Made by a program: the position numbers and the translations under genes. 64,000 bases of DNA from Tubiluchus corallicola. Taxonomy: Eukaryota > Animalia > Priapulida. Location: contig JAQGDQ010000077.1 of the NCBI GenBank assembly GCA_030141605.1, positions 124,001 through 188,000 on the forward strand, in the 5' to 3' direction. Position 1 is the first letter of the stretch, and each line of letters begins with the position of its first letter. The notes beneath the pieces are model-generated. The model saw nothing but the letters and a program-made list of their open reading frames with translations, ran no database searches and was not told the DNA's origin. Below, in pieces: positions 63,421-64,000 of this stretch.

Positions 63421-64000
63421 AATTATATTGGTTAACGTGACCGCTTCTATAGAATTCTACAGACATTCTAGTCAATATTACAGTAAATTATAGGCTATTT
63501 TGATTATTTCGTCTACAAAGATTGCTTCCACCTTAAGAGTTGACAATACCGATAAACGGTAAATACGGCTGCGGCAACGGTAGTGGAATCACGTTTTTAT
63601 AAATAACAGGCAGCAACAACATCAACTAAAAATTTACTCGGTAAATCGTTGTTGATTAATTTTTGCCGGTTATTTGTAATCGTGTCCGATTTACCGTAGT
63701 TGGTACGAAAATTAAAAGCAAACTTATTTCGCTTTAACTTCAACGCCGTCGACCAGGTTGTGGTTTTCGTCATCAGTTTAGTGGTTTTTGCTGTTTAAAT
63801 AGCAATCATAATCTCACACGCAGGTTGGCTGACTCAGGGTATGTAATAGTCGTAAGAACTTTACAATAGCCATCAACAATTATCACAGCGGCGCCATGTT
63901 ACTGATGCAAAGCGATCAGAATGCAAGCTGAACGTTTCACGTAAGGTAATGAAGCCACTGCAGGTGAACTAATAAAATCACTGCAAGCGACACTCGAGAT

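Noticed and set aside
1-64000. CRISPR arrays, tRNA/rRNA, intronic snoRNAs, U12-type introns, prokaryotic systems
   Set aside because: No repeat-spacer array, cloverleaf or convincing C/D box pair was seen by eye, and no modelled intron has a GTATCCT/ATATCCT donor. The DNA is eukaryotic. An Infernal/Rfam scan would be needed to exclude small ncRNAs.

Overview
AT-rich, intron-dense nuclear DNA from an animal, probably an invertebrate; the taxon cannot be fixed from sequence alone. I assembled four + strand protein-coding genes by hand from GT-AG splice sites with consistent reading phase. (1) ATRX, 5'-truncated, 27 exons in the window (1-27730). (2) A GH35 beta-galactosidase (GLB1L2-like) with an intronless CDS (31273-33189). 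(3) A three-exon, divergent PRD-class Q50 homeobox gene (34316-36756, 260 aa) that the ORF track misses. (4) The G-quadruplex helicase DHX36, 18 coding exons (39698-54102). Also present are three non-autonomous hAT-type elements with TIRs and 8-bp TSDs, RTE and CR1 LINE remnants, a recent 280-bp tandem duplication with a palindromic junction insert, microsatellites, and two promoter-like motif clusters with no identified downstream gene. The strongest leads are the orphan homeobox gene with its T-box-like promoter sites and CDK/degron motifs, a TAATG/ATGA-chained pair of uORFs in front of DHX36, the probable beta-galactosidase retrogene, and a possibly duplicated DAXX-binding helix in ATRX. 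Comparisons to human proteins are from memory; no search was run.
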